Source of the DNA: the human T2T-CHM13v2.0 reference genome, Homo sapiens | Assembly: GCF_009914755.1 (NCBI RefSeq) | Contig: NC_060930.1 | Length of the DNA: 64,000 nt | Direction: 5' to 3' (one strand) | Program-made: the position numbers and the translations under genes | Shown: piece after piece, positions 1 through 14,875 of the stretch | Position numbering within the stretch: position 1 is the first letter of the stretch | How the letters are laid out: every line of letters starts with the position of its first letter | Notes under the pieces: generated by a model | Databases searched by the model: none | The model's input: the letters and a program-made list of their open reading frames with translations, nothing else | Told to the model about the DNA's origin: nothing

Positions 1-409
1 ACACACAGGCTTTGGGAAAAAAAGAGGCTTCCGTATTTTATTGTATTTTTTGGCTTCTATATTTTATAGTATGGACGGGTTATAGTTTATCCCCTCACCT
101 ATTGATAGATACTTACGTTGTTTCAACTTTTTCATAATTATTAGCAATGCTACAATGAGTATCTAAAATTAATTTTTCTGCTAATGTACCAGTATTTCTG
201 AAACTCTGTTTCTAAAGTTGATGGTCAGGGTTTGAAGGATACATTTCTTCTTAATTTTATACTTAATGTATAGTAGAATTAAATAATTATCCACTGGTTC
301 TACTATATTTATAGAAAATGATAAAGATGCAACTCAGGTTTCAACACAGTTAATATATTTAGCAACATCTGAACATTATTTTATAAAAAATAGAAGATTG
401 CCTTGGTTT

Positions 410-1266
410 TCAAACGGGAAATATTCCCTTGTTCCCCTCACAGGGCATGCAATGAGGGTGTGGCTCGCTTCTTTGGTGCCTCGCTGCTCAAAACCCCTAG
501 AGGGAGCAGGCAGATGGGCAGGCTGTGGGACTCCAACCCCACGGCAGTGTCTAGGGGTGAACACAGTGTAAACACAGCTGAAGCCCCAGTGGGCATGTGT
601 TACAGAGTGCTCTTTTAGTTTGGCTGTCTGTAGGCGGCTTGTGTTAGTCAGCTCAATTAGACCCCTGCCTTATCTCAAGGACAGAGTGCTTTCTGTATTC
701 TGGGGTTCTTGCCTTGGTGCACTGGAAGAATCGGATCTCAATTGGGCTTAGAGAATGAATGCAAGGTTTTATTGTGTGGAAGTAGCTCTCAGCAGATGGA
801 GGAGCCAGAAGGGAGATGGTTTTCCGCTGGAGTTGGGCTGCTGAGCAGCCTGAGCTCTCCTCTGACCTACCTGGCCAAACTCTGTTGCTCCTCCAGCGGA
901 TGGCTTGTTGGCCTGCTGGCTTCTGTTGGTGTGCTCTTCTGCAGGCACGCTCCCCTTGGTGTCCTCTTGACGTCCAGCCACTTGTGTCTTCTTCCAGCCA
1001 CTGTGTCTTCTTCCAGCCACTTGAGTCTTCTTCCGCCCATGTGTTCCTCTTAACATCCAGCCGCTCGTGTGTGGGGGTCTCGGGGGTTTTTATAGGCACG
1101 GAGTGGGGGTGTGACGAGCCAAGGTGGCCTTGGGAAATGTAACATTTGGGCAGGCAAACTGAAATGCTTGTCCTCACCTAGGTCTGTGGGCACAGGCCCC
1201 GGGGTGGAGCCCTTGCCAGGGACCCACCCTTCTCTACCCAGCACTTCCTGCCTCCCTCCTGTATCA
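410..1266 (-). mobile_element. Solo ERV1-class LTR (LTR1/LTR27/LTR28-related)
   Basis: The minus strand begins TGATACAGGAGGGAGGCAGG and ends ...TTCCCGTTTGA (terminal CA mutated). A 4-bp TSD GTTT lies at 406-409 and 1267-1270. Minus-strand TATAAAA (~1087-1094) and AATAAA (~767-772) are present. Confidence 0.85.
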
Positions 1267-2039
1267 GTTTGACAAGCAAAATATAATACCATTTTTTGGT
1301 GGCAATGTAGGAAAATCTTAGAGCTACTTAAAATTAAGATTTAATTGAAATGAATTAAATGAAACTAGGTCTAAAAGCCTTAATGAGTCATTTGGATACA
1401 TCCAACTATTCATATGTTTGACAATATTTGAAGAAATCTTTGGTTAATTATTATTGTACTGTTCATTCCTATTTTGGGCACTGTTTATGTGAAACAATTA
1501 TGTGAAATGATTATTTTGAAACTGCCACCAGAAACTAGTGGTTAAAGAAAGGCAATTATGGATATCCAAACACCAAGTAAATTCCTCAAGAATTTCAAAC
1601 AAATGAAAACAAAGCATTCATATAACTTTTCAATAGAGAACTTTCCCCTGAGGATACACCATAAGTAGCCTAGATAACATGGTAATTGAGTTAAAGCTTA
1701 CCTGTCACTCTAAATAATGTCACAAAAGACTTTACTAATTACTTGCTCAGAAACAAGACATAAATGGCTGAGCATGGGGATAAATTTTAATTTTCTGATG
1801 TTTCCTATGCCTGCACTTAGAACTTTTAATTAAAAAAATTGAGAAATAGCAACTACTTATTGACTTTATGCAAAGTCTCATAAACTTGGGCAGTGTCTAA
1901 AAAAAACATATCTTCTCAACTTGCTGGATCAGAAATTTCATTTTGTCAATTCAGCAAGAAGTAGTAGGATTCAAAATGTTTCTTTATGCTAACAAAACTT
2001 GTAAAGGAATTATCTATAAATTACAAAGTAAAAATAGTT

Positions 2040-2235
2040 TTGGTGTGTTCCAGGCTCTATGTTATGTGCTTCATACTATGACACATTTAATTTCTACCAT
2101 TCTATAAAGTAACCAGGATTAACCTCATTGTTTAGATAAGAAACTAAGCCCCAGTGAAATTAAACTATTTCCCCTAGGTTACAGAATTTTTTAGCAGCAA
2201 AATACGAGATGCAAACCATTGGAATGTTAATATTT
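2040..2235 (-). mobile_element. MIR SINE fragment
   Basis: Core-like 'ctcattgttttagataagaaactaagcccc...gaaattaaactatttcccctaggttacag'. Confidence 0.55.
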
Positions 2236-3748
2236 TAAGGTCATGTACTTAGTCTTGTTCATAGCCATCTCTTCAGTGGATTCCAAATGAAGTCATAATA
2301 AATATTTGTTGGCCATTCTAGTCTTTCTTATTCCAAGGCCTGGGCTGTTTTGACTATGATACAATATCAATACATTTATTTAAAAAAATCTTTCCAGTCA
2401 CCAGAATAGCTACTCATTAACAATATCACTATGCCAAGTTAATAATTATAAAATCAACTGATAAATTATATTGAAGTGTATTTTATTTAGGTCAATAAAA
2501 GACAAAGGAATTATATGTGCCTTGTAGTATATGTTTCATACAGTTGTGAAATAACCTCAGCAAATCTTATTTTAGTACAGTTTTTATTCATCATCATAAG
2601 TATTATTTCATACCAATTAAAATAAACATATTACAACTTCTTATATCAATTATATTTCAGCCATGTCTTTTTGAGGATTCATCTCCAATTTTGTTTTATA
2701 AAAATTTTCAAATATATTTAAAAGTAGAAGGAATAGCCATCACCTGGATTTAACAATTATCAGGATTTTGGCACGCTTATTTCATCTGTTTCAGCTTATT
2801 TCCTGACATATGTTAAAGCAAATCTCTGACTTTGTATCATTTTATTAAATGCTTTATTAGATTTAATAGACACTCAGAAAATCATTTGCTTGGAAGAATT
2901 GATCAGAACTGATATTAGAGCAGATCAGAAGATAATTTCCTTAGAATAATTCTAAGTCATTTTTTCCCCACTCATTTATAATTATCTTCTTCTGTAGGTA
3001 AGTGCTATACTAGTCCAGATTGGATAGCCTCATGTTGTAGTAACAAACAACCCCCAAATCTCAGCAGATCATAAATTTCTTCTCTGTTAGCAGTCAGTAG
3101 ATTTCTGGCATTAGATGGATTATGCTATTACAAAGAGAAAGCGTAAAAAACACAAAAATATACAGATGAGGTATATCTTTGAGATATGAGAACAACAAAA
3201 GTTTTCAATAGTTAAGTATAAAACATCCTTATACAGTATTTCCATATTGGGATGATATTTGAATGCAGGAAGTACAACAGCTATTGCACCAATTAAAGAA
3301 CAAAAGATGATACAAGAGGAGGGAATGCTGTTGTGAGAGAAGTGTACCGGAAGCAACACTACAGCTTTAAAAGTCCCTATGTTGAGAAAAAAGAGGCTGA
3401 TTCTCTTCTGTATGATGTGTATGAACTAAGCATATAAATGGTTCTCATACTTCTATAGATTATTTGGACTCTTTCAAGAAACTAACTTGTTTCTAAAATC
3501 TCATTTAAACACATATCTGAACTCTGAAAAAAATCTGAAAATCAATCTATTTACTATGCCCCCGTAGTAAAATTGGTGTCCTGTCAACACATCTTAAATA
3601 AATGGTTCCTGATGAAAGGATGTCTGCTTTAGGACTGTAGCTCTGCTAGTGCCTCTAGTGATAGAGTAGAGAGAAATTGAGTAATAGAACTGGTACCAAA
3701 GGAAAAATATTAAGTCCATAATGCATGTTTTTCTTCAAGGATATTTAT

Positions 3749-4110
3749 TGTTATGGAATAAATGACTAAATGTTTGTGTCCCTCAAAATTTATATGTTGA
3801 GATCCTAACCCCCAATGGGACATCATTAGGAGGTGGGGCCTTTGTGGGGGGTAATTAGATCATGGGGGTAGAGCCCTCTTGAAAGGCACTAGTTCGCCTA
3901 TAAAAGAGACTCCCCAGAGAGCTCTCTTTTTCTTTCTGTCATGTGAAGATACAGCAAGAAGATGGCCATCTATGAACTAGGAAACAGGCCCTTGTCAGAT
4001 ATCAAATCTGTCAGTACCTTAATCTTGGACTTCCAGCCTCCAGAACTGTGAGAAAAAAATATTGTTTAAGCCACCTGGTCTATGGTATCTTGTCATAGCA
4101 GCTCTAACAT
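3749..4110 (+). mobile_element. MaLR solo LTR (MLT1A-type)
   Basis: Typical MLT1A motifs 'gtgtccctcaaaatttatatgttgagatcctaacccccaatg' and 'cttggacttccagcctccagaactgtgagaa...tgtttaagccacc'. Confidence 0.85.
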
Positions 4111-4229
4111 ACCAAAGGAAAGAAAAAATAATAATTGCAAACTCTTTTTGCTCCGGCTCTCTATGAACAAGTAAAATTAAATGGCCACTTGTTTAAACAT
4201 TTGCTGATACCTTTTATTGGGAAAGAAGA

Positions 4230-4350
4230 GATAATAGTATTAGTCTCATAGTGAAAGTTGTAAGTATTTAATGAGTTAATGTTATGTCAAATATTTAGAA
4301 GAGTATCTGGTTCATAATCAGTACTTAATATTTCTATCGAACAACTATTA
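4230..4350 (+). mobile_element. MIR SINE fragment
   Basis: 'gataatagta...tctcatag...ttgtaagtatttaatgagttaat...tatttagaagagtatctgg' resembles the MIR 3' region. Confidence 0.55.
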
Positions 4351-4404
4351 TTATCAAAGATGGAAATTGCTTTATGTATGTAAAGCAGACTCCATAATTC
4401 ATTC

Positions 4405-4565
4405 TTTTTCTTTTTTTGAGGGACAGTGTCTTAATCTGTTGTTCAGCCTAGAGTGCAGTGGCATGATCATAGCTCACTGCAGCCTTGAACTCTGGGCTGA
4501 AGCTACTCCTCTGCCTCAGACTCCTCAATGGCTGATACTACAGGCAAATACCACCACGCCCAGCT
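4405..4565 (-). mobile_element. Old Alu monomer/fragment (AluJ or FRAM-like)
   Basis: Poly-T followed by 'gagtgcagtggcatgatcatagctcactgcagccttgaactc', a single arm with J-type diagnostics. Confidence 0.85.
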
Positions 4566-5348
4566 TATAACTCATTATTTTATGAATATTCATTGTTATT
4601 TGCTAGGCATTGTGTTATGTGATCAAGCAGATATGAATGAAAAAGTTTCTATCTTTGAGTCAAATATAAGGGAGACAGACTAACAAACAGTTTAAATGAT
4701 ATAAATATAAAAATACGAAAGTATTCATGAGGATCTGTGAAAGCAACAATGATGACTGGGACTGATAATATATGCAGAAAAAAAATTCAGTCAGTTGCGT
4801 AGAATGATTCTATTTTTTGTTCCTCACAGTGAAAAGGAATGGTTTAACACTAACTTGTCCTGGATAGTTGAAAGATTTTTCATTAAAATTGATCTTATCA
4901 ATTGTAGTCAGGACTGCCTGTACAGAATGAGGGAAATTGCATCAGTTTATACTTATAAATCTTAGTGATTCTCCTGGGCATTTTGAGATGATCTGACTGA
5001 TAGTGATCCCTTAACTTTACACAATCTTAAGTGCACTTTGTTTTCTGGCTTTTCAGCAGATTTCTACTGAGAAAGAAGGGAGGCTTGTCGCCTTTTGTTA
5101 TGTTTTAATGAGTTCCTGACACAGACATGACATTGCAACTACTCCCCAAATGGTTAAAATGTCCAAGTAATTTGTGCACATCTGTTTTTAATTCCATTTT
5201 TCTAGTTCTGAGTTCTTAATCCTTTTATTATTTGTCTCTTTTCTAGCTTGTTGTTATTTTCAGCAGGATATGTACAATAATTAAGACTACCATTTGTTCA
5301 GCATGCATTAGCAGAGACTGTGCTAAATGCTTTAGGTAAATTTGTTAA

Positions 5349-5743
<395 letters not shown>

Positions 5744-5764
5744 TGAATTGCCTTTGTCAAAAGT

Positions 5765-6390
5765 CAAATGACCACCACAATGAGATACCACTTCATCACA
5801 CTAAGATAGCTATAATAGAAATACAGATAACAAGTATTAGCAAGGATGTGGAGAAATGCTTTTGTTTGGAAATGTACAGCTTCTTTGGAAAACAGTTTGA
5901 CAGTTACTCAAATATTAAATACTGAATAACCATATGACACAGTAATTCTACAATTAGGTGTATACTCAAGAGAAATGAAAATATACAGCAACACCAATCA
6001 CTTGTACATAAGTATTCATAGCAGCATTATTCATAATAGCCAAAAAGTGGAAACAACACAAATTGCTATCAGCTGCTGAATAGATATATAAAATGTGGTA
6101 TATCTACAAAATGGAATATTAGTTTGGTACCAAAAAATGAAGTACTGATATATGGTATCACATGGATGAACCTTGAAAACGTTATGCTGAGTGAAAGTCA
6201 GTCACTCAAGACAACACATTGGACCATTCAATTTATGCAAAATGTCTGGAACAGCCAAATCTATAGAGACAGAGAGTTGGTAGTTGCATAATGCTGAGGG
6301 GATTGGGAGAAATGAAGAGTGACTGTTAAAGGGTACTTACCTTCTTTTTTGGATAATGAAAATATTCTAAAATTGATGTAGTTATGGTTA
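5765..6390 (+). mobile_element. L1 3' end (L1MB-like), 5'-truncated
   Basis: ORF2 C-terminal and 3'UTR motifs 'accacaatgagataccacttca...gcaaggatgtggagaaa', 'catggatgaaccttgaaaacgttatgctgagtgaaag' and 'gaaaatattctaaaattg'. Confidence 0.85.
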
Positions 6391-6394
6391 TTTT

Positions 6395-7835
6395 ACAAAT
6401 AATTTTTCTGCACATTTTCTTCTCTTTTTAGAATTTTGATGATACAATATAAAGCATCATTCATTATTGTCCCACAAATTCCTGAGTTTCTCTTTCCATT
6501 AATTTTTTTCTATTTATTCAGACTGGATAATTTCTATTGATCTATCTTCAGGCCCACTAACTTTTTCTCTGTCGTATCTATTCTGTTACTTAGTAAAGAC
6601 AGCAAATTTTAATTTTATTTTTCTATTGTTTTTTAGATAACTTATTTTTAGTTGTAATCTTTCCATTTTGCTTTTTAAAACATAGTGTTTACAATACTAT
6701 TTCTTGCTGAGGACTTCTATCTTTCCATCCATTTAAAGTATTTACCTTTTTCTTACAGAACATGAATATTATAGTTGATCTAAAGATCTTGTCTGATCTT
6801 CTTGAGGTTGACATCTGTTGACTGCTCTTTCCCTTTAGAGTTAATCACATATTATGTTTTATTTAATGCTGAATAGCTTTGAATTACTTCCTAGACATTT
6901 TGAGTATTATGTTTTAAGACTCTAGGTGTTCTTAAAATTCTTCAGAGAATGTTGCATTATGTCACAGATGATCCATCATGTTGTATTTAGATTACAAGTT
7001 TGGTCTTTTGGGGATAGTTTCAATGTCAGTTCAGTTATTAAAGCTCTAGCTATGCTACTTTTTGTAGTGTGTTATACCTCCATAGCTTGAAGATGAGCCT
7101 AGGACTTGTGTCGTTTCAAAGCAGAGTAGGAAATACCTTTTGCTGACTATTCCTCTTTGGAATGTCTCACATAATCTCTGGATCCCAGGATGTATTTTCC
7201 CAGTCCTCAGTTTAGAAAGGTGGGATTTCTCTCAGAGGCTCAGCCACCTATGCTGCTCCCACCATTCTGTCAGAATCAGATCTCTTTGGGACAAAGTGAA
7301 AGAAAAGAGAGAGAGAAAAAAAAAATACAGGAATCCTTTCTGCATTCTTCAGACCAAGGAAGCCATCTTTCTCTGGTCAGAAAGATGGATTTTCTCCCAG
7401 GATTTTAGGTGCCTGTGTAGCTATCACCATCACTGGGTGGTTGCCTTTGGGACAGTGCAAAAATAAAGTAAAACGGCACTTTGCCCTGTAAACTCTAGTT
7501 TACAAGGACCTCCATCCCTAATCTTCTGGACAGAAAGACAGGGTTTCTCTCTGTGTTTTTGCTGCCCCTGCTCTACTGCATATGAGACTGCACTGGGGCT
7601 CCTGTTGGGTTAAAGCTGAAATAAAAGAGGAAGAAAAGCCCAGAAAATTTGCCCTATTATAAATCAGTCTTCAGGCATTGACTTCCCTCCTCAATATGCC
7701 TGTTATTATTAACTTTTCAGAGTCCTCAGCTAGTTAGTTTCTTTTTGTATTTTGTCCAGAGGTTTCAGTTGTAATCAATGGGGGAGATAGGCTGTAGTAG
7801 ATTTATTCCTTCTTGACCAGCACTAGAGTTCCAGA
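6395..7835 (-). mobile_element. Ancient L1M 5'UTR/ORF1 region
   Basis: Antisense old-L1 motifs 'cagactggataatttctattgatctatcttcag' and 'tttgtattttgtccagaggtttcagttgtaatc...tcttgaccag'. Confidence 0.6.
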
Positions 7836-8170
7836 AACCTTGCTTGATTATAGTAAAACGAGGAAAATGAAGATTTAGACAGTAATGTAAATAATTCCCA
7901 ACCCTTATCTTAATCACTGCATTCTGCATTTTATATATGAAGAAGAATCCTTGACTTTTCTTTTGTATTTGTATTTTGCAAAGTAAAAAAAAAGTGGCCT
8001 GTGATTTCTATTGTGTTATGCGAAGATAGCTGAAGGAGAACAGGGGCAGGAACAGGAGCTGGAACAGAAGAGAGGTCACTAATAGGAAAAAGAATGAGAG
8101 AAAGATAAAATAGATCAAAAGATAGGTCGATGTGGGTTGGCTTACATCATTAAAATAGGCATTTGTCATA

Positions 8171-8669
8171 TGTCTCACTCGGGGTTCAGGCAGGAAACAG
8201 ATGATATAGTAAAAGTGTAGCCAGAAAGAGTTAAATGAAGACACTATCTCATTACAGGGGTAGGTAGGATTAGGAAAATCATAAGGGATGCCAACACACA
8301 AAGGGACTAGCAACAGCTGAAAGTTGTTCCCATCCTTGAACCTGAATGAGCAAGGGGAGGAAACAGTTATTAGAACCCATAATAATAGGCGCTGTGGTAG
8401 AGAGTTTATGCAGTTTTATTGAAATCTGTGATGATAGCCAGAGAAGTGTAGCCATGGTCACAAACTTGCTGGGGAAGAATTAGGGAGTAAATATTCTGTC
8501 CTGTCTTTCCTCCTGTCCTCTTATCTCCTGCTGGTGCCTCTCATTGTCTGAACTCAAACATCAAGGGAGCCCAGATGAGGCAATTCATAGATGTCACCTT
8601 ACAGAGCACAGAGTAGGTTGGAGAAAAGTGGGAAGTGGCTATCGAAGACAAATGGAAAATATCTACTCC
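8171..8669 (-). mobile_element. ERV-L LTR (LTR41-like), 3' LTR of the provirus
   Basis: 'ggttcaggcaggaaacagatg...gggactagcaacagctgaaagttgttcccatccttgaacctgaa...agacaaatggaaaatatct', colinear with the LTR at 14075-14760. Confidence 0.75.
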
Positions 8670-9239
8670 TCTTGTCCATCAGCCACAATTCTTATATAAC
8701 AAGAAGAAAACACAGTTATATCATCACAGAATGATATCACAAGTTTTAATCTCACCTTTTACTTAATATATTAGGGCCACCCGTGCCCTTCAGATATACT
8801 AGAAGAAAAAAGGGGGAGGGGAATAAATGATCAATTTACATAAAACATAGCTGCTATTGTCCACTCTTAATGTAGTTTGTCTCAAGGATTAAGTCAATAA
8901 ATAGCTCTTTGCTTCCACGATCCCTTCTGTCTTTCCTGTACTCTCTACTAGCATGTTGACTGGTTTGATCTTCAATCTGGTGGAATGATTAAAACTTTTA
9001 TTCACAGGAGATCTAAGTCCTTAGTGGTCCTGTATTTATTAGTTCCTGTAGCTCTCAATTATCTATTGACCATGGAAGTACCACAGGCTAACCTAGTGAA
9101 TCCTCTGGATTTCAGAAATAGTAACCCTTGAGTCTATTATGCAGTTTCTTCTTGACAAAAAGGATTAATCACCACTTCTAACTAAGTGACCTTAGTTTCT
9201 GCTTAGCAGCAGGAAGAGCCTCAAATAGCCAAGGTACAC

Positions 9240-10084
<845 letters not shown>

Positions 10085-13000
10085 TACTCATTTCCAATTT
10101 AATGGATCTTTGCTTGTGTCTCTCTTGAGGAATAAGTACTGTAAATCCACTAAGCCCAAGGTTGGATGCAAGGCAAGGAATAAAAAAAATTTCAGTGGGA
10201 CGAGCCATTCTGGCCTCTACCCTTTGGTTTTCAGACCCATGAGTTCTGAATTTGGGGGAATAATGTCATATATTGGTACCTGGCTTAAGATATTTTTCAT
10301 ATTCTATTGGAAAATGCCTCTTTTCTTCAGTTTTGTTTCTTAGCTGACAAATAACAAAGGCTTCAACACACCATTCCATCATTGTTCTATCAATTCAACG
10401 GCTCCTGGAGTTGGTAGATATTTAAGACTAGCTAATAGTCTCACTGTAAGCACATTTCCATGCTTTCTTTGCTATATAATACATTCGTTTGTTAGAGGTA
10501 ATATTGCTGCAGTTTATTAAGGAATCATGTAAATCTAGAAATGGCAGTGTGGTCATAAATTTTGTGGGCAGAGAAGGAGGTATAAATATTTAATATGTAT
10601 CTCCTCCCAGGAAGACAAACACAAGACCCTTTCCACTGTGGAAGGAGTTCAATATAATTAACATGCCTCAAAGTGTCTGACTGGTTTTGACCTGGAATGC
10701 TGCCATAACCAAAGCTTAGCAGTGTCCTTTGCATTTGGCAGTACGGATACTTATGATATTTAGACCAGCTTTGTTGAACTCATAAAGAGCTTTTATCTCT
10801 GCCTTTGCTTAGTGATTATCCTCTGAAATATGTGTAAATGTTGGTACTGAGTAATAAATATATGTGTGAATCTGATTTTACAATCAATTCCTTGTGCTAT
10901 AACACTCGTCTTCAAATATTCTTTTATGTGTTCTTGACCAAGTTAGACACTGCATCTGAGTAAGTGTAGATTTGTATCTCAGAGTATTTCTTCTTATAAA
11001 ATAAACAACCATATGAGATGAAATTTTTTAAACTGGGAGCCTACTCTTTTATTTCTGTATTTTAGGGTTACCCTAACTAGAAAGATAATACAGCAACTAT
11101 TCATTTCTAGCTGGCTCCACATTCCCACGCAGACCCATCCATATTGCTGGCCTTCACTTCTCTTCCTCTCCCCATGAGGCCATAAGTATTTATGAAGCTT
11201 ATTTTTGCCTTTTGGAGTAGCTGGGGCCAGGTGTCATACAGTGGGATGCTGCTCTGCACATTAAATGTTATGATTTGATGGATAAGTAACGCTCAGTTCA
11301 GATAGTTTAGGTGACATAGTTATTTGATGTGCCATGATCCAACATTGAGTTTCTACTCTACTTTTCAAATAGAGAATAGTTATGAGCAGAATATGCCATG
11401 GCCTCACTCTAAAACTCTAGGGATTTGTACCATGATTCAACTATCAGGGCCTGGAAGAAATTCCACAGAACCTCTCTATCTAAACTAGACACTGCTCATA
11501 CCACCATATGAATCATAAGGTCCAGGAGTTAGGGCAGCTTGCCTGTAGTCTAGACCTGCTATAGAGCCTTCTTTTTTTTTTTTTTTTTTTCAAAACTAGA
11601 AGCCTCACTGGTTATCCAGTTTTAAGGGACCAGAAATTATCTGACCATTGTACTTTTAAAATTTTTTACAATTTGGTATACTCCTATAGTGGCCTTCTAC
11701 TTCGTAGAAGGCTCTTGAGAATTGTGGGATTTTCTAACTTCTATCTGGTAATGAACCAGTGTAAGTTCTTTGAGATGAGAAAAAGAGTGTATTTTTAATA
11801 GACTCTATAATGACAAGGGGTAAGAGTTGTTATTGACTTGAAGTATGATATTGAGGGTGTATTACTATCATGGACATAAGAAGGCAAGGTGCTTCTGATT
11901 ACCCTTACCAAGCGGTATAGAAAATAAAAATTTCATAGGTTAATAGCTGCCACTAGCTGCCAGGAACTGAGTTGATTTGCAATTTGGTTTTTGCTCAGCA
12001 AATCTGTAGCTTGAATTGGCTTTACCCACCTGATTAAGATTACCATAATCTACAGTTGTTGTTTATAAAATGAATGCATTTCAGTTTTCCAGTGGTTAAA
12101 ATATGTATTGAATAGGAAAATGACATCTGTCACCACCTCTACCTCCTTTGAATCTTTGAAAATGGCAATAATCTCTGCAATACCCCCAGGAACACAGGGC
12201 TGATTTTTAGTTTACTTTGTTAGTGATGTGGGTGAAGGTTAGTTCTTCGGACATCCTTCTGGTCCTTCCCACAAAATTAACTATTATTCCACTGGTGCTG
12301 GAATGAATGCAGGATTCTGCCAGTTGCTAAGTGTATCTGTTCTCAGTATGAATTTCGGGGGTAGTAACTACAGGAAAGTTCTGTAGTCCCACTAATATTA
12401 TTGTGAGATGAACTAAGGCCAAAGCTCCATCTGTCTTCTAACTTCCATAAGCCCTAACTCTGACCCTGTGGTCTGTGATGGCTTTTTGTTTTCTCTGGAG
12501 ACTGGAAGAAGTTTGGAGCCAATATCTAATGTCTCTTAAAATGTTTGTGTTTTGACCCTCCCCTAATGCATAGTCACCTTGACACGTAGCTGCAGGTCTC
12601 TCTGGGGAAAGAATGTAGAAAGATTTAAAAATATATACATTTTAGCATCCTTCATCAAATAGACATGGCCTATTTTTAACTGGAGGAGCTTTAAGTTGTG
12701 AACCGGGAAAATCTTGAGTCCTCACTACTGTACTTGAACTTAGATTTGTCTACTAAATCTAGAATTTTTCCACTAATTTTTGTCAAGAAATACCTTCATA
12801 GGCTTGGTAGTCTTGCCGTTTATTTTATTCAATGATCACGCAGCCATTGCCACAGAAGCCCACTATTTAAACCACTCTGATTACCATTTTCCCTGCGGCC
12901 TTGGTCAACCCTTCTGGCTGTGATTGCAATTACTGCTGTCTGGCATCTAGTACTCTAAGATCCTCTTATTTTCACTGAAATTAAAGAAATAATTTTCACT

Positions 13001-14074
13001 GCACTACACACCATCACCACTATCATCTCAAACCTGCAGAGATCTTCAAGGATGCTTGTGGCCTCTCTGAAATACATTTCTTAATATCTTAGTAAGGTTA
13101 TTATCCTATGGGCTCTCCCATGAGAAGAGATTAGGAAGTGGTTGATTGGATTGCATATGATGGATCCATTTTATCTCTCTGAGCCTTAAGACTCCTTTCT
13201 CTCAAATGCCAGGGGAGTTCTGGCATCTCAAGTAACTGTAGACACTGTTGGGTCCCAGTTTCACTTGAACCAAGACATTAAGTCATAAATCCTTAGTAAA
13301 TGTACTCACTCACATAAATTTGACCTAGTATAATATTTTGTTTTCCTTATATTAATAGTTTAGGAGGACATTGCAGTACAAGTCCTACAGATACAAATTG
13401 ACAAGATCTTGCCAATTTAGTCTATGTGTACTTAAATAATATATCTTGTGTATTTTCTGAGTAATTTTGGGTTCTAATTCTGTTTATGAGCCTGGAGGCA
13501 AGAAGTGATAAGGAAGGCCCCCAAAGAGAACCTGTATGACTTTTATAGATAAATTTCCCAGGTGAAATCAGTGTATCTTTTTAAAAAAATTTTTTAAGGG
13601 CAGGAGGTACTGCTTTCATTAGCAAGGATGTTTCTTTCTTTAGCATAAGAGTCATTGAAAATTAAATTGATGCCAATACTCTGTAACTCTTTTAATTAAT
13701 TAATATGTGAACCTGATTGTCATTCACAAGTAATTTGCCGTTACAGACAATAATATGTTCCTTTAAAGCTGACATGGTTTTCCTGATTTTCCATTTGTGC
13801 CTTTAATTTTGAATTTATTACTTTCAATAGAAACTTTTCTTAGCCTGCTTTCTCAAGGGCAATCAGAGCAACCAACTCACCCTACAATCATAATCACCAT
13901 TGTCACCACAGTGACCATATGCTGCAGCCCATAAACTGAACAACCATGATACGAGGCTGTGCCACAGACTACCAGTATAACCTCAATGTGATCATTGAAG
14001 ACATGTGCAGCCAAACCCCAGAATTCCATTTTGATGGCTGTTTCCTCCCTCAGGCTGCTTCTGGTAAAAATTAC

Positions 14075-14760
14075 TTTATTGATTAGGAAGCCCATCAGGA
14101 AAGAAATGGCACAACTGTAAAGGTAGAGAGAATTAAATACAGCAATAATTTGATCAAATAGTACAAACCTGCAAGATGAACAAATTGTGGGAATCTAATG
14201 TACAGCATGGGTGATGATGGATGTGTTAGTTAATTTGGCTGTGGCAATAACCACACAATGTGTACGTATATCAAATTATTATGTTGAACACCTTGAATAT
14301 AAACAATCTTTATTTGTCTATTAAGTATTCTAAAATAAAAAAATTACATAGACAATTTGCAAAGGTGTGGGAAGGTTAAGGAAACAAATAAGTGCTTGCA
14401 AAGAAACTAGAATCTTGCAACAGCTGGAAGCTATGAACAACCCTTAGTTTGAAGACCTGCGGGCAGTAAGCAGTTGTCAGAGTCTAATGCCTTAAGAGAA
14501 TAGCATCCAGAAAATAGCTGTGTTTTCGGGTGGAAGAATACTGCTATTGTCATGCCTATTAATGAGGACTGAAGGGAATACATTCTCTGATTTATTTTCT
14601 CTGATCTACTGCTAGAGTATCCCATTCAAGGATCCTACCAGAAGCTAGAGGACAAGAAAGCCCGGATAATTCAGTGCATTCTGCCGACACCTCAGTCCAG
14701 AGAAAAGTTTCATTAGGTGGAAAGTGAATGTTGAGGGGACCAACAGAGAATATGGAGGAT
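14075..14760 (-). mobile_element. ERV-L LTR (LTR41-like), 5' LTR of the provirus, interrupted by an L1 fragment
   Basis: 'catcaggaaagaaatggcaca' ... 'tttgcaaaggtgtgggaaggttaaggaaac...gcaacagctggaagctatg...ccagaagctagaggacaag...ggggaccaacagagaata', in the same orientation as 8171-8669. Confidence 0.7.
14160..14345 (+). mobile_element. L1MA-type 3'-terminal fragment inside the LTR
   Basis: 'atctaatgtacagcatggg...gatggatgtgttagttaatttg...acaatgtgtacgtatatcaaattattatgttgaacaccttgaatata' followed by an A-tail. Confidence 0.75.
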
Positions 14761-14761
14761 G

Positions 14762-14875
14762 CCCTATTTTAGTGAATCCAAGATGTCATTGAGTGTAAGA
14801 CTCATCTGAGTTTTAGAGATATTAAAATGGGAAAAATTTGCTTTAAATGTGCGTTTAAACTTAATAAAATACCAT
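14762..14875. mobile_element. Small Tc1/mariner-type MITE (MER104-like)
   Basis: 'ccctattttagtgaatccaagatg...ttttagagatattaaaatg...ataaaatacca' with degenerate inverted termini. Confidence 0.45.

Noticed and set aside
376-1292. Cluster of seven overlapping ORFs (up to 174 aa) on both strands
   Set aside because: They lie in the GC-rich solo LTR, which is poor in stop codons. The repeated peptides come from the 20-bp triplication, and no domain is recognisable.
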